A stretch of DNA of 64,000 bases. Origin: a virus. Lineage: Duplodnaviria; Caudoviricetes. The stretch covers positions 1 through 64,000 of the IMG/VR virus record IMGVR_UViG_2521172628_000001; one strand, given 5' to 3'. Made by a program: the position numbers and the translations under genes. The notes under the pieces are model-generated. The model was not told the DNA's origin. It made no database searches and saw only the letters and a list, made by a program, of their open reading frames with translations. Below are positions 62,714-64,000 of the stretch, piece after piece (position 1 is the stretch's first letter; every line of letters starts with the position of its first letter).

Positions 62714-64000
62714 CAGGTGGCCGCCATGTCGACGAAGGATGCGTAGTGGAGTTGGGCGGCGACGGTCACGGTGCCGATCTGGCCGCCCCGGTGCTTGTCG
62801 ACGATCAGATCGGCTTCGCCGGCGCGGGGGCTTTCGCGCTCGTAGGCGTCGTCGCGGTGGAGGAGAATGACGATGTCGGCGTCCTGCTCGATGGAGCCGG
62901 ACTCGCGCAGGTCGGACTTCATGGGCCGCTTGTCCTGGCGCTGTTCTGGCCCGCGGTTGAGCTGCGCAAGGATGATCACCGTGATGCCGAATTCGCGGGC
63001 GAGGAGCTTGATGCCACGGCTGAGCTTCGACACCTCGTTCTGCCGGTTCTCCGCCTTGGGGGCGGTCATCAGCTGGAGGTAGTCGACGATGACGAGGCGG
63101 AGCCCGTCGGTGCGGACGTGCTGGCGGACCTTGGCCCGGAGCCCGGGCAGGGTCAGGTTGGACACGTCGTCGATGAACAGGGGAGCCGCGGCGATGCGCT
63201 GGCCGGCTTCGGCGGCGCGGGCCACACCGGCGTCGTCGACGATGCCCTGCTTGAGGTGGTGCAGGGCAACGCGGGCCTCAGCGCACAGCACACCGTTGGC
63301 GATCTCGTCTTCGCTCATTTCCAGGGTGTGGAGCAGGCAGGCGATGCCGTTCTTGACTGCGGCGGCGCGGGCAAACCCGGTGGCGATCGTCGACTTGCCC
63401 ATGGCGGGCCGCGCTCCGATGACGACCATCTGGCCGGGCGCCCAGCCGCCGCAGAGCAGGGCGTCCAGGTCGATGAAGCCGGTCGGGATGCGGTCCTCCT
63501 TGGAGGGCGGGGTGATGCAGCGCTCCAGGGCCGCGCCGATCAACTCGCGGACGTGCTTGGCCTGCCGGGCGGCGTCGGGCTTGGCGACGCCGTCGAGGGC
63601 GTCCTGGAGGGCGGCGACGTCGGTGTCGGGGTCGAAGGCGGCGCTGTTGCCGCGGCTGGCGGCGTCATGGCCGAGGGCGACGATGCGGGCAGCGACGGCC
63701 TTCTTGGCGACGCGCTCGGCGTGCCAGGCGGCGGCGCCGGGCTGCGACCAGCGGTAGAGCTCGGCGAGTTCGTGCTCGGTCATGGGACGGACGGGCATAT
63801 GGCCGTCGGCGTACCAGGCTTCGAGCTGGCGGGCGATGGGCAGCCAGCGGATGTCGCCGTGCTTGAAGCGGGTGCGGAGTTCTTCGACGGCGAACCACAC
63901 CCACCGGTACTGCTCGGTGGTGATGTCGGCGGGGTCGAAGCCTTCGGCGGCGAGTTCGTCGACGATCTCGGGGCGTTCCATGGCGGAGGCGGCGATGACG
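62713..64000 (-). CDS. dnaB: Replicative DNA helicase (N-terminus probably beyond the window)
   Basis: IPTGFIDLD, GARPAMGKS, VIVDYLQL, AQLNRG, SDLRESGSIEQDAD, KHRGG. Confidence 0.95.
   Translation of the reverse strand, partial: VIAASAMERPEIVDELAAEGFDPADITTEQYRWVWFAVEELRTRFKHGDIRWLPIARQLEAWYADGHMPVRPMTEHELAELYRWSQPGAAAWHAERVAKKAVAARIVALGHDAASRGNSAAFDPDTDVAALQDALDGVAKPDAARQAKHVRELIGAALERCITPPSKEDRIPTGFIDLDALLCGGWAPGQMVVIGARPAMGKSTIATGFARAAAVKNGIACLLHTLEMSEDEIANGVLCAEARVALHHLKQGIVDDAGVARAAEAGQRIAAAPLFIDDVSNLTLPGLRAKVRQHVRTDGLRLVIVDYLQLMTAPKAENRQNEVSKLSRGIKLLAREFGITVIILAQLNRGPEQRQDKRPMKSDLRESGSIEQDADIVILLHRDDAYERESPRAGEADLIVDKHRGGQIGTVTVAAQLHYASFVDMAAT

Larger units (their letters stand above)
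6150..64000 (-). mobile_element. Temperate siphovirus-like prophage (replication, packaging, head, tail, lysis modules); extends past the right edge, left boundary not defined
   Basis: Co-oriented terminase-portal-capsid-tail-tape measure-amidase gene order plus DnaB and DNA methylase; no integrase or att site in window. Confidence 0.93.

Noticed and set aside
1-64000. tRNA/rRNA genes or attL/attR
   Set aside because: None recognised by eye; tRNAscan-SE and flanking sequence would be needed

Overview
High-GC actinobacterial (Streptomyces-like) temperate siphophage/prophage segment, mostly on the minus strand. Right to left: DnaB helicase (cut by the window edge), C5 DNA methyltransferase, small early genes including an RNA-ligase-like protein, an orphan FxSxx-COOH-type peptide, and an HTH-Nudix/Nudix pair. 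Next is an AICE/plasmid-type transfer module (Spd-like membrane protein, FtsK/TraB-like ATPase, a 152-bp symmetric clt-like repeat array) with no integrase or RepSA nearby. Then come a PASTA lipoprotein, terminase (large subunit with a class 3 intein), portal, MuF-like protein, scaffold, capsid, head-tail connectors, tail tube, frameshifting tail chaperones, tape measure and tail-tip genes. An antisense operon with three glycosyltransferases, a 2OG-Fe(II) oxygenase and a methyltransferase precedes the lysis genes, a collagen-like protein and fibre-like genes. The left end is accessory (resolvase plus HNH, LexA-N-only protein with an SOS-like box, DUF262, GntR). Top candidates for something new: a virion-encoding prophage carrying TraB-type transfer machinery, the stand-alone FxSxx peptide, the glycosylation/hydroxylation operon and a dual-coded methyltransferase. 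All family calls come from motifs recognised by eye; no database searches were run.
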